Position numbers and translations under genes: made by a program. From contig CP060770.1 of assembly GCA_023205875.1 (NCBI GenBank), forward strand, positions 124,001 to 188,000: DNA of 64,000 bases, written 5' to 3'. This stretch comes from Chloropicon primus (taxonomy: Eukaryota). Numbering within the stretch: the stretch's first letter is position 1; each line of letters opens with the position of its first letter. Positions 32,139 to 42,150 of the stretch are shown piece after piece. A model generated the notes under the pieces. The model ran no database searches. It saw nothing but the letters and a program-made list of their open reading frames with translations, and was not told the origin of the DNA.

Positions 32139-32831
32139 TGACGAAAACGAGAAAGAAAAACCTTAACACCACGAATCCACAGGTACGAAATCCAGGTTTT
32201 TTGGGAGAGATTATATTACCTCGAAAGTAAAAAAAACGCTACTCGGAGAAGATCTCTGAAGATAAGGTCCAGGCCTGATTTGAATTTGAGATTTGAATTT
32301 TGTGGACTTTTCCGAAAGTCGAATTTGGTTCCACAAAGGCGTTTCTACTCCCCTAAAATCGCTTCGCGACGTTTCCGAAATTCAGATTTGGGGAGTCGAT
32401 CGACCGGGGCAAAGCAAAGCCAAGGGGCGGCGAAAGGAGACCCGAGAGAGGTGAGTTTCCCGTCGATTGCGGGGGCGTCGAGGTCTGGAGGACAAAGAGG
32501 ATCGCGTAGATGGCTTGTTCGTGATCAGATCTTTCGAACGGTGCCTCGGTGGACGAGAATGGCGCCCGGATGAGTCTGGGGTGACCCCGAAGCGTGGCCC
32601 ACTTCCCCTCGAGGAAGCCGAGTGGGGGCACTCCCCGACCCGGTGGGCGGCGTGGACGTCCGCCGAGTGGCGCGAGGACCGGGCACGTGGACGCGTTACC
32701 TCTTGGGCTTTCGGAAGTGCCGCCGCTATAGGCGAACGTCTTGGGGATGGCGGCGAAGACTGACAAAAACGTTCCATCTCTGGATCTCTCTGCGTGGGGT
32801 TGGTCTTCCCGGTCTGCGGGCCAGAACAGAG

Positions 32832-33671
32832 ATGCAGGCGGCTGGGCAAAGACTGACGATGAGGACGACGGCATCGAGGGGGGCGAAGGCCGGCAGGCTC
32901 GCGAGCGGATCGTCCAGGACGGCGAGGAGCGCGGTGGTCGCCAAGGGGACGGACCGTGACATCCAGATCATTCCCTCCGTGCTTCCCGCGGACTGGGCCA
33001 ACATGGGCCAGTGCGTGGCGGACCTCGAGGCGGCCGGCGTGGACCGCATCCAGTTCGACGTGATGGACGGAAACTTCGTGCCGAACCTGACCTTCGGGCC
33101 GGAGATGATCGCCGCGTGCAGGAAGTACTGCAAGACCCCGTTCGAGACTCAGCTCATGGTCAGCCAGTACGCGAGCGAGACGATGCTCAAGGACTACGTG
33201 GACGCCACCAAGGGCCCCAATGGGGAGCCCGGCGTGGTCATCGTCCACGTCGAGGCCTGCGACCACCTGCAGAGGTGCCTGAAGCAGATTCGCGAGCTGG
33301 GAGGGAGCCCCTCGGTGGCCCTCAACCCCCACACCCCCGCCGAGATGGTCAAGAACGTCTTGTGCGACGTGGACCACGTCCTCGTGATGACCGTGAACCC
33401 CGGCTTCGGCGGGCAGGCTTACATTCCAACCATGCTGGACAAGATCAGGGAGCTCAGGGCCGCGATTGTTGCGGGAGGATACGACGTCGACATCGAGGTC
33501 GACGGAGGAATCAAGGCCGACTGGACCATCTCTCAGTGCTGCGACGCGGGGGCCAACTGCTTCATTGCTGGCTCGGGCATGTTCGCCTACCCGACCCTCA
33601 AGGAGGGCTGCGACGCCCTCAGGGCCATTGCCAAGGACGCGCAGGCGGGCAAGGTCCTTCCACCGCCTTGA
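32832..33671 (+). CDS. RPE: Ribulose-5-phosphate 3-epimerase, plastid-targeted, atypical type
   Basis: DVMDGNFVPNLTFG, VALNPHTP, VMTVNPGFGGQ, IEVDGGI, IAGS; transit peptide MQAAGQRLTMRTT... Confidence 0.95.
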   Translation: MQAAGQRLTMRTTASRGAKAGRLASGSSRTARSAVVAKGTDRDIQIIPSVLPADWANMGQCVADLEAAGVDRIQFDVMDGNFVPNLTFGPEMIAACRKYCKTPFETQLMVSQYASETMLKDYVDATKGPNGEPGVVIVHVEACDHLQRCLKQIRELGGSPSVALNPHTPAEMVKNVLCDVDHVLVMTVNPGFGGQAYIPTMLDKIRELRAAIVAGGYDVDIEVDGGIKADWTISQCCDAGANCFIAGSGMFAYPTLKEGCDALRAIAKDAQAGKVLPPP

Positions 33672-33851
33672 GAGGGAGGAGCGGTGTGTGTGTGAGCTGA
33701 TCTTGTTGGTTTCCAAGAAGAGAGAGAGAGAAAGAGAGAGAGAGAAAGGGGATCTCGAGTCAAAGGAGAGGGGCAAGCAAAATAAAGCAACACATTTTAT
33801 GCATTCTTGGAGCGCATTCGTCACACTCTGGTTACCACGGCCGCCCTGTGC

Positions 33852-35122
33852 TCACAGCCTGAGTCTCTTCTGCCTGGGGTGGAAGGTGACATCGTCGTTG
33901 GCCTGGCGGCCCTCCTCCTCCTTGCCCTTCTTACTCTTACTCTTCTTCTTATTCTTCTGAGGCTTGGCTTCCTTTTCCTCCTTGGCAAAGGCGGACTCGT
34001 TCCCAAAGCCCTTTTCCTTGAAGAGCTTCTTCATCTTCGAGTACTCCGTGTTCAGCTTCGCATCCTTTGCCTCGCCCTTGCGCTTCTTCGTCCCTCCGGC
34101 CTCGGAGGCCAGAGACTGCAGGTCCCGCTTCTTCCCCTCCTCCTCCTCGTCATCAAAACCGTTGTCGTACATCGCCGAGTCGTAGCCGGGGTACAAATCC
34201 CCGTAAGCGTCGCCCCCGTCCGGCTGCTCGCCGCTTTTGTTGAGGGTCATGATCTCGTGCCAACGCCCCTCCTCCCCGAGGGTGCCGTGCTTCTTCTCAC
34301 GCAGATCCGCCAAGTCCCGGTCCTCCTCGTCCTCCAGATCCTTGTAGGTGTACGTGGCCCCCTCCCCGGACGCATCGCCGCGACCCGCGTCGCCCGACGC
34401 AGTGGCCCGGGGCTCCACGGCTTCCCCAAAGTACTTGGAGCCGGATGCCGAGGCCTCGCCCCCTTGCCGCTGGGGCTGCTGGCGGTCCTCCTCAGAGTCG
34501 GACAAGCCGTCCTCAAAGTCCGTCCCGGCATCCGCAAAGATGTCGTCCTCCGCGTCCCCTGCAGTCTGAGGCCCTCCCGACCCGGCCAATCCATCACTCC
34601 CCCCCTTCTGCTTCCTCTTGTGCCTCTTGTCAGAGCTCTTGCCCTTCCTCCCTTGCGTGACGTAACCCAACACACCCGCTATTCTGTCCAGCACGCTGGA
34701 GTCGTCCATGGCACCGCCCCGCACGTACTGGTACTTGAAGTGAGAGTACTCGGTCTTCGAACGAGACACAGTCGTTGGGATGCCGAGACCAAAGTCCTCG
34801 TCCAAGTCGTACACATAGCACGTCCGTCCGGGCAGAAACTTCGTCACCGGAACCTTGCTCTCACCCTGTTCGATCCAAAGGAAGAAACAAGTCAAAAAAG
34901 AGATGCGTTAGACACCATCGACCAGTGGGAAGGGCAGGAGAGGGCCTCCGTGGCCTCCGTGGCCTCGACCAGAGTGCGCGTTGCAGACTGCAGGACACCA
35001 ATGCCTGAACTTAGGAATGCACAACTCACCTTTTGCCCATTCGTTTGTCCTTTCGAGTTGACCTTGTCCAATTGGTTCTCCAAGAGATCCCTCAGCCCCT
35101 GAGCCACCGTTTCAGTCGCCAT
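33852..35122 (-). CDS. RED/IK/SMU2-like splicing protein, 2 exons
   Basis: FLPGRTCYVYDL...IPTTVSRSK, DDIFADAGTDF, YGDLYPG, KLNTEYSKMKKLF; intron 34866-35029. Confidence 0.75.
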
Positions 35123-35204
35123 GCTCACCAGCAGTGCCAACACCTCCACCTCCACCTCTGCCTCTCCTTTGTGTCTCGCACAACTTTTATCTACCACTAT
35201 GCTC

Positions 35205-35878
35205 GTCAAACCGGGCGTGCGACCAGTCTACCGAAAGATCATGAGATGTTCTTTCGTCTGGTACCCTGGTCTTTTCCTTTACCTGTCTTACTCGACGTCA
35301 CTGGCCTTGACAAGGTGGACCACTCCGGTACTTTCTCCTTCCCTTTCCGTCCTCCCAGTCGATCCCTCGACCGATCCGGAAGCCAAATGGGTCAATCGAG
35401 GTATCGTTGGAAAGCTCGCGAGGTCTATTTTCGTCTCTCGTCCTCCGTTCGCCTCCCCTCCCTCTCTACCGTCCCCCTCTTCCCTCCGCTTCCCTCCGCT
35501 TCCCTCCTGTGGAGTTGGCCTGAGTTCGACCAAGGCGTGGGGAAAATAGGATAGGAACCTCTGAGGACGACAGAGGAGAGGAAGGAGAGCGCTTTGGCGA
35601 GGCCTGGCGGTCGAACGAGGGGTAAAGAGGAGAAGAGGAGGACGCGGGACGAAACTAGATCTCACGATCTTTCCAACGATACCTTGATTGACCCATTTGG
35701 CTTCCGGAGTCATCGAGGGATCGACTGGGAGGACGGAAAGGGAAGGAGAAAGTACCGGAGTGGTCCACCTTGTCAAGGCCAGTGACGGCGATTAAGACAG
35801 GTAAAGGAGGAGGGGAGGGTATCATACGAAATATCACCTCACTACCTTTCCGTAGACTGGTCGCACGCCCCGTCTGTC
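35205..35878. repeat. Element family B: two copies forming a long imperfect inverted repeat (foldback)
   Basis: 35205-~35450 is the reverse complement of ~35635-35878 (e.g. gacaaggtggaccactccggtactttctcc / ggagaaagtaccggagtggtccaccttgtc). Confidence 0.92.
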
Positions 35879-36017
35879 TTGAATTGCGCCAAGAGATCGT
35901 GTTATCATCGCATCCGCTGAGGTTCCTCAGAGGAGGGTGAAGGCCAGGGAAGGATGCGTCTAGCAGAGTGAGGAGGAGTGAGGAGGAGTGAGGAGGGATT
36001 TGAAGCGTGGATTCCTC

Positions 36018-37361
36018 ATGACCACGGGAGGTGGTGTCAACTGGGTTGATGCCGTGGTCGTCAAGGTCCTCGTGGTCTTGCTTTTGCCTCTCCTTGGTGC
36101 GTACTTGAGCATAACGGCTTGCGTTGGGTTCGTGCACGCCAGCTTGAATGTGTTGTGGTGGAGCTTGAGAACAAAGTGCGGGAATCGCGCCAAAGGGAAA
36201 CACCAGGAAGGAACGAGTCCCGCGTTGGATTACTTTTGGGTCACCGCGTGGTTGGTGACCTACCTGGTGGTGACGCCGGTGAGCCTCGCGGTGTTTTTCT
36301 TGAGCCTTGGACTGCCGTTCCTCCTCATCACACCGCAGGCTGGCTCCATGATCCACTTGGTGCACAAAGGCCTCGTCACGGCATTTTGTGCTTACTGCGT
36401 GTGGGCGTACTTGCTGGACGACTCAGTGAGCAAGGGCGGACTCACCAAGGCCAGACTGAGAAGGTCAGCGCCTTTGAGTCACATAGCGAGGTACTTCGGG
36501 ATGACAATGACCGTTGCGGATGACGACGGGGGAGGGGCCAAGCAGACGAGCGACAACTGCATTTTTTGCTACCACCCGCACGGCATATTGTTTTGGGGTG
36601 TCATTGGCGGATTCGCCAATCAGTCCTGGGGCGTTCGGTGGAATTCCAAGACGCTCGCGGAGCTTGACGTAAGTCTGGGGACAATCAGCTTCAACAACTT
36701 CATTCCGTTCTTCAGGGAAGTGAACAAGAACCTCGGGGCCTTCAACGTGTCGTGGAGAGGATGCAACCGGGCTTTGGAGGAGGGAAGAAACATCTTCATC
36801 GTGCCCGGCGGTGCGAGGGAGAGCATTCACGCGTACCCGGGGACGATGAACGTTTGCATTAAGCAGAGAAAGGGGTTCATCAGGCTGGCGCTCAAGCAAG
36901 GGAAGCCCCTCGTCCCTGTTCTGTCATTTGGTGCGTTTTCACTTTTCGCGTGGATTTTGTCTCGCCGAAACGGACGTTGACTGACCTTGTCTTCTTTGTC
37001 TTCTTTCCCACCCTTTCACGCGCCAGGGGAGAGTGACATGTACAATATGCTGAAGATCGAGCAGGGGACAGCGCTCTACAAGGTTCAGAGGGTTTACCAG
37101 AGCATCTTTGGCTTCACCATTCCCATATTCTGGGGGAGGACCATCTGGGGCTTGCCCACTGTGATTCCCAAGAAGAAGCCGGTTCACGTCGTCCTCGGTT
37201 CGCCCATCCAAGTCGAGCGATTTAGCGGTGATCTCCATTCCCCCGAGGGGAAGTCGGCGGTGGATGCTCTGCACATGAAATACCTCAAGGAACTCGAGGC
37301 AATGTTTCACAAGCACAAAGAAAAGTGGGCACACCCCAAGGGTGTTTTCAACATTCGGTAG
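36018..37361 (+). CDS. Type-2 diacylglycerol/monoacylglycerol acyltransferase (DGAT2/DGTT family), 2 exons
   Basis: YHPHG, IVPGGARE, RKGFIRLAL..G.PLVPV.SFGE, VVLGSPI; intron 36931-37026. Confidence 0.92.
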
Positions 37362-37466
37362 CGGTAACCCTTCCCCCCTCTCCTTGATTTTGTACTTCTA
37401 TGTTATGTACCTGTACTCAAGCTGCTCCAAACGAAAGCCCAAAACCAAACAACCCGGAAGGAGTTC

Positions 37467-37812
37467 CTCTGTGTCCTCTGCTTCATCCATCAGTCCCACC
37501 TTCACCTTTGGTTCTAACCAAGCTGCTGTTGCATCCATCCAAACTCCAACCTCCTCCTTCATGACACCTCTGTGTCCTCTGCTTCATCCATCAGTCCCAC
37601 CTTCACCTTTGGTTCTAACCAAGCTGCTGTTGCATCCATCCAAACTCCAACCTCCTCCTTCATGACACCTCTGTGTCCTCTGCTTCATCCATCAGTCCCA
37701 CCTTCACCTTTGGTTCTAACCAAGCTGCTGTTGCATCCATCCAAACTCCAACCTCCTCCTTCATGACACCTCTGTGTCCTCTGCTTCATCCATCAGTCCC
37801 ACCTTCACCTTT
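37467..37812. repeat. Tandem repeat, 101-bp unit, ~3.4 copies
   Basis: ctctgtgtcctctgcttcatccatcagtcccacc... at 37467, 37568, 37669, 37770, apparently identical. Confidence 0.97.
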
Positions 37813-38190
37813 CCTGACAGCTGGAGGAGGCCTCTCGGAGGAGAGGAGAGGGAAAGACGGAGCGGCGGAGTGCGGAGAAGGGAGGGAAAGTCGAGACGAA
37901 GGGAGGATACAGGGCGAAAGTACATCTCGCGAGCTTTCCATTGGTACCTTGGTCGAAGGCATCGCCAAAGGATTGACCCGAGGGGACGCCGTGTGAAGAA
38001 GATTGATTCCTAGCGAGGGAAGTGGAGGGGTGGAACACAATTAGCGAGGAATTCAGCGACGAGGACGGGAGAAGAGCGAGGAAGGGCGTCGTGAAGCGGA
38101 AGATACATCTCGAGATCTTTCGATTGGTACCTTGTTTGACCCATTGGCGCCTCATTTGAAGAGGTAACGGACAATCGTTTTGCTTCCATC

Positions 38191-38996
38191 ATGAAGCGTG
38201 GAAGGGAGGCTGGCGATGAGCAGGGAGGGAGGAGGAACACGGGGGTGAATGGGAATGCGGATGGCGACGCCAATGGCGGCGTAGGTGTGTCGAGCAACGT
38301 GGTCAGTCTCGAAGCTCCCGAGAGACCTTTAGTCGTCTTCTGTTCGAACTGCAAAACGATCCTGGGAGATACGAATAGTTTCGTCTGCACGCACGCTGAA
38401 CTCAAGACGATCACGCTGCGGAGTAAGTGCATCACGATTACCCTCCTTTGTCCTCTGTCTCCTCTTTCCTTCTCGCGCGGCCGCCTGCTTGGTGGTGGTC
38501 TAGAGTCTGACTCGTTCTCGTTCTGTTGTGCTTCGCGCAGGCGCGTATTCGGTCAAGTTGACGCGGGATGAAGTGGAGACGCCCACAAAGGGGTTAGCTG
38601 CTGGGAGGTGAGGCACCTGATCGACCTTGGTGCGTTGTCCTCGACGCTGACACGCTTCTCTCTCCCGCATCTCCCAGTACTTTTCATCGGATCTACTGCG
38701 ATTCTTGTGCTCAGTGCGTCGGCAAAGTCTTCCTCTCGACCACGAGAGACTTGGACCCGATGAGGGACGTTTACACGTTCGATTCCAAAGCGATCAGGAG
38801 CTACGAGCTTTCGGAGGGACGGGGCTCCCGGGGGGGTGCCCACGATGATGCCGGGGGAGGGCAGCAGGCCTCAGCAGTCCTCGCGGAGCGCTTGGAGGTC
38901 CTGGAGACGCAGATGCTCAAGGTCGAGAACCTCATGCTTCTCTTCAACGAGAGGATAGACGTCTTGGAGGACTGGAAAGCCCTTAAGAGCTTGTAA
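38191..38996 (+). CDS. Mis18/Yippee-domain protein with C-terminal coiled coil, 3 exons
   Basis: PLVVFCSNCKTILGDT and IYCDSCAQCVGK CxxC pairs after splicing (introns 38423-38540, 38608-38677), LDPMRDVYTFDSKAIRSYEL, helical tail. Confidence 0.8.
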
Positions 38997-39474
38997 CGGG
39001 AGAGGGAACAAACGTCAACTCCAATGATGCCCCCCAAAACTCTGATCTCTCTCTCTCGCCAGGTTTCATCCCACAACATTCTCAAAATTGCGTCATTCCT
39101 TTCGAGGAAGGGCTCCTTCGAAAGAGGAGGACACGATGCTCCCATCGGCAACCCCGTGTCCATGCCCAAGCCCTCCTTCTCGGCCTCCTCCATCCACCTC
39201 AACCCATCCTCGCCTCTCTGAGAGGAGAGCCAAGAATAGGGGTGGATCTCCTGAGATAAGATAAGATCTTGGGAGAGATTCAGCGGAACTTGGCTCTTCA
39301 GAGCGTTTGAGACGGCGGAAGAGGATTCCTGTGCGGATAAAAAGTACACAGAGCAAAAAGTACGTCTCGCGATCTTTCCGTCGACGTCTTACTCGACCCG
39401 TTTGACCCCTTGACGGGTTCATTAAGCTTTCGTGAAGTTGTTTTCTTCTCGTGTTCAGGCCGTGTCAGCAACCC

Positions 39475-40839
39475 ATGAGGTCCTTGAAGGAGGTGGAACG
39501 TGGCGCTACTTTGACGAGAGGGAAAGCGATGGGGTCAATCACGTGCAGATCTTCCAGTAATGTGGCCTCGCCGAGCCTGAGACACGCAAGCCAAGCGAGG
39601 GACCAGCCGGCTTCGTCCTCGGCGAAGAATCCGCGGAGTGGGCCTGTGAGAGCCAAGGGGGTTCTCGACACCGGGGATGTGCGAAAGGGATTGGATCTGG
39701 ATTTTGTTCCCAGGTTATCCTTCGGTGAGGATTGCTTGTGCATCGCGGGTGCTTTGACCTCGGCTTGCTTGGCGTTTGTGCTGCAAGGTGCGAGGCGGCC
39801 GGCGCTGAGCCTGCTTTGTGGGTGCGTTGTGGGCGTCACGTGGCGCTTCTTGATCATCGAGAAGGCTCACAGCAGGCTTCTGTGCCCTCCCGAGGAGCTC
39901 GCGGAGAAGAACTCGAGCTTCAGCGAGGTGAAGGGCGTCCTGGTGCACTACAAGAAGGTCGGGTCGGGTGCGAAAGAGAAGCCTGTGATCCATTGCAGTC
40001 ACGGCTTTGGTGCTTCGCTTTACTCGTGGTCCGCGGTCCAGGACAAGCTGAGCGAGGGGCTCCAGACTCTCGTCGTGGCGCACGACACCCCGGGCTTTGG
40101 GCTGACGCATCGCCCGAGAGATCTCTGTGACTTCACCCTAAGGAAGAACGCGGATATCAGCCTCGGCCTCGTCGATCTGGTGAGGGAGGAGGGAGGAGCC
40201 GACGAGTCGCTTTCCTCCATTTGGATGGGTCACTCGATGGGATGCGTGTCCGCTGGGTACTCCGCGGTGGCTTGCCCTGATCAAACGTCGAGCCTCGTGT
40301 TCGTGGCCCCTGCGATACCAGCGGCGAGCGTGAAGGGGGCTTCCGCGCCTCCCTCTTCGGGGGCGGTGAGACTGCCCAAGAGAGGGGGAATCGTTTCCAA
40401 GCTCGCTCTCCTCCTCCTGAAACCGTTCGCGCTGATCGTGCTGAGGGCCCTGGTGAGGTCAAAAGCCTTTTGGGAGAAGAGCCTAGCGATTGCTTTCTAC
40501 AACAAAGCCAAGGTGGACGACGACACCGTTGACGGTTACCGCAAGGCAAAGTTAGTTCAAAGGTGGGACATCGGAATACTGATGTTCGCCTTTGCCCAGC
40601 TCAGCGAGTTCGGCAAGACCAACCAGTACTTGCTGCACCACTTGGTCGCAATGGGAAAAGAGGGAAAGAAGATTATCATCATCCACGGTGAAAACGACAA
40701 CATTGTTCCGGTGTCGAACAGCCGAAAGCTGGCTTCCCTGATACCCAACTCGGAGCTTCACGTCATTCCGAAGTGCGGCCACAATCCGCAAGAAGAAGTC
40801 CCGGACACCTTCGTGGACATCCTGACCAAACAACTGTAA
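39475..40839 (+). CDS. Alpha/beta-hydrolase
   Basis: HGFGAS, DTPGFGLT, GHSMG nucleophile motif, HGENDNIVP, GHNPQEE. Confidence 0.92.
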   Translation: MRSLKEVERGATLTRGKAMGSITCRSSSNVASPSLRHASQARDQPASSSAKNPRSGPVRAKGVLDTGDVRKGLDLDFVPRLSFGEDCLCIAGALTSACLAFVLQGARRPALSLLCGCVVGVTWRFLIIEKAHSRLLCPPEELAEKNSSFSEVKGVLVHYKKVGSGAKEKPVIHCSHGFGASLYSWSAVQDKLSEGLQTLVVAHDTPGFGLTHRPRDLCDFTLRKNADISLGLVDLVREEGGADESLSSIWMGHSMGCVSAGYSAVACPDQTSSLVFVAPAIPAASVKGASAPPSSGAVRLPKRGGIVSKLALLLLKPFALIVLRALVRSKAFWEKSLAIAFYNKAKVDDDTVDGYRKAKLVQRWDIGILMFAFAQLSEFGKTNQYLLHHLVAMGKEGKKIIIIHGENDNIVPVSNSRKLASLIPNSELHVIPKCGHNPQEEVPDTFVDILTKQL

Positions 40840-40855
40840 ATTATTCTGATTCCGA

Positions 40856-41272
40856 GAGGTGTACTATCGCCCAGCATCGCTCCCACTCTCTTGATCCATC
40901 GCTCACCTCGCATGAACTCCCAGTTCGTCCTTGGGCTCATCATCAATGCAGGAAGACCCGCGATCGATGGAACCTGTTCAAGGCCACTCAGATAGATTCA
41001 CGGGGCAATGAAGGCATCCTCCGAAAGCCCGCGAGGTATACTACCGCCCAGCATCGCTCCCACTCTCTTGATCCATCGCTCACCCCGCATGAACTCCCAG
41101 TTCGTCCTTGGGCTCATCATCAATGCAGGAAGACCCGCGATCGATGGAACCTGTTCAAGGCCACTCAGATCGATTCACGGGGCAATGAAGGCATCCTCCG
41201 AAAGCCCGCGAGGTATACTACCGCCCAGCATCGCTCCCACTCTCTTGATCCATCGTTCACCTTGCATGAACC
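40856..41272. repeat. Tandem repeat, 177-bp unit, ~2.3 copies
   Basis: gaggtRtactaYcgcccagcatcgctccc at 40856, 41033, 41210. Confidence 0.95.
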
Positions 41273-41526
41273 CCCCAGTCCGTCCTCCTCCTCCTCCTCT
41301 CCTCCTCTCCTCCCGATGGCCAGAATCTCGAAAGGAGCGCCGGCCGGCGACGGAGTGGAAGAGCAGAGAGCAGAGCAAACCGACGGAACGGCGACGAGGA
41401 CGACGACGAGGAGGAGGACAACGAGAGGAGCGAGAAGAAGCTGCAAGCGTCATCTCTCCCTCATCATCGACCGCTGGTTTTTTCCCTCACCTCACAAGCA
41501 GAGCAAGCAAGGCAAGGACCAAAACC

Positions 41527-41927
41527 ATGCGTTCATTCATTGGAAAGGTGGTGTCTACCAGGATGCAGAAGACGGCCGTGGTGATGGTAGAAAGGGTCAA
41601 GAAGCATGGCATGCTGGACAAGTGGATCAAATATCGAAAGAAGTTCAAGGTAAGCGACCACATGACACATTCGCACATTCGTAACAACTTGAAGCTGACG
41701 GTGTCCTGACTCACCGGTTCGGATGGGGTGTCCTGACTCAGGCGCATGATGAGCTCGGGGAATGCAACATGGGTGATGAGGTTCGTATTAAGATATCGAG
41801 GCCACATAGTAAGACGAAATCTTGGATCGTGGACGAAGTTTTGAAGAAGAATCCAGCGGTGTTATACCAGCAGAGCAAGGAACAAGCTTCCAAGGTGGGA
41901 GGACCGAGGACGACCACGACGGGGTGA
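41527..41927 (+). CDS. RPS17: Organellar (probably mitochondrial) ribosomal protein uS17, 2 exons
   Basis: GKVVSTRMQKTAVV...KKFK|AHDE..C.MGDEVRI...RPHSKTKSW; intron 41650-41741. Confidence 0.92.
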
Positions 41928-42150
41928 AGGGGTGGCCTGCCTGTCCTGTGTGTGCGGGTGTGGGGTGTGTGTGGGGGTACGGTAGTGTACACGGCGATGA
42001 TGGAGCTGGATCTCTTTCGGGATGGGATGTTCTCGAACTGGTTTGCTTTTGAGGTGAAAGGACGTACGTGCGTGCGTCACCAGCTCCCCAAAGTCATTGT
42101 GGGTTGCGAGGCAGAAGCCTAACCTATAACATAGTTTAAACCATACGAAT

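Noticed and set aside
40773..41709. 303-aa and 233-aa ORFs running through the 177-bp repeat
   Set aside because: Openness follows from the in-frame repeat; the real CDS is uS17 starting at 41527
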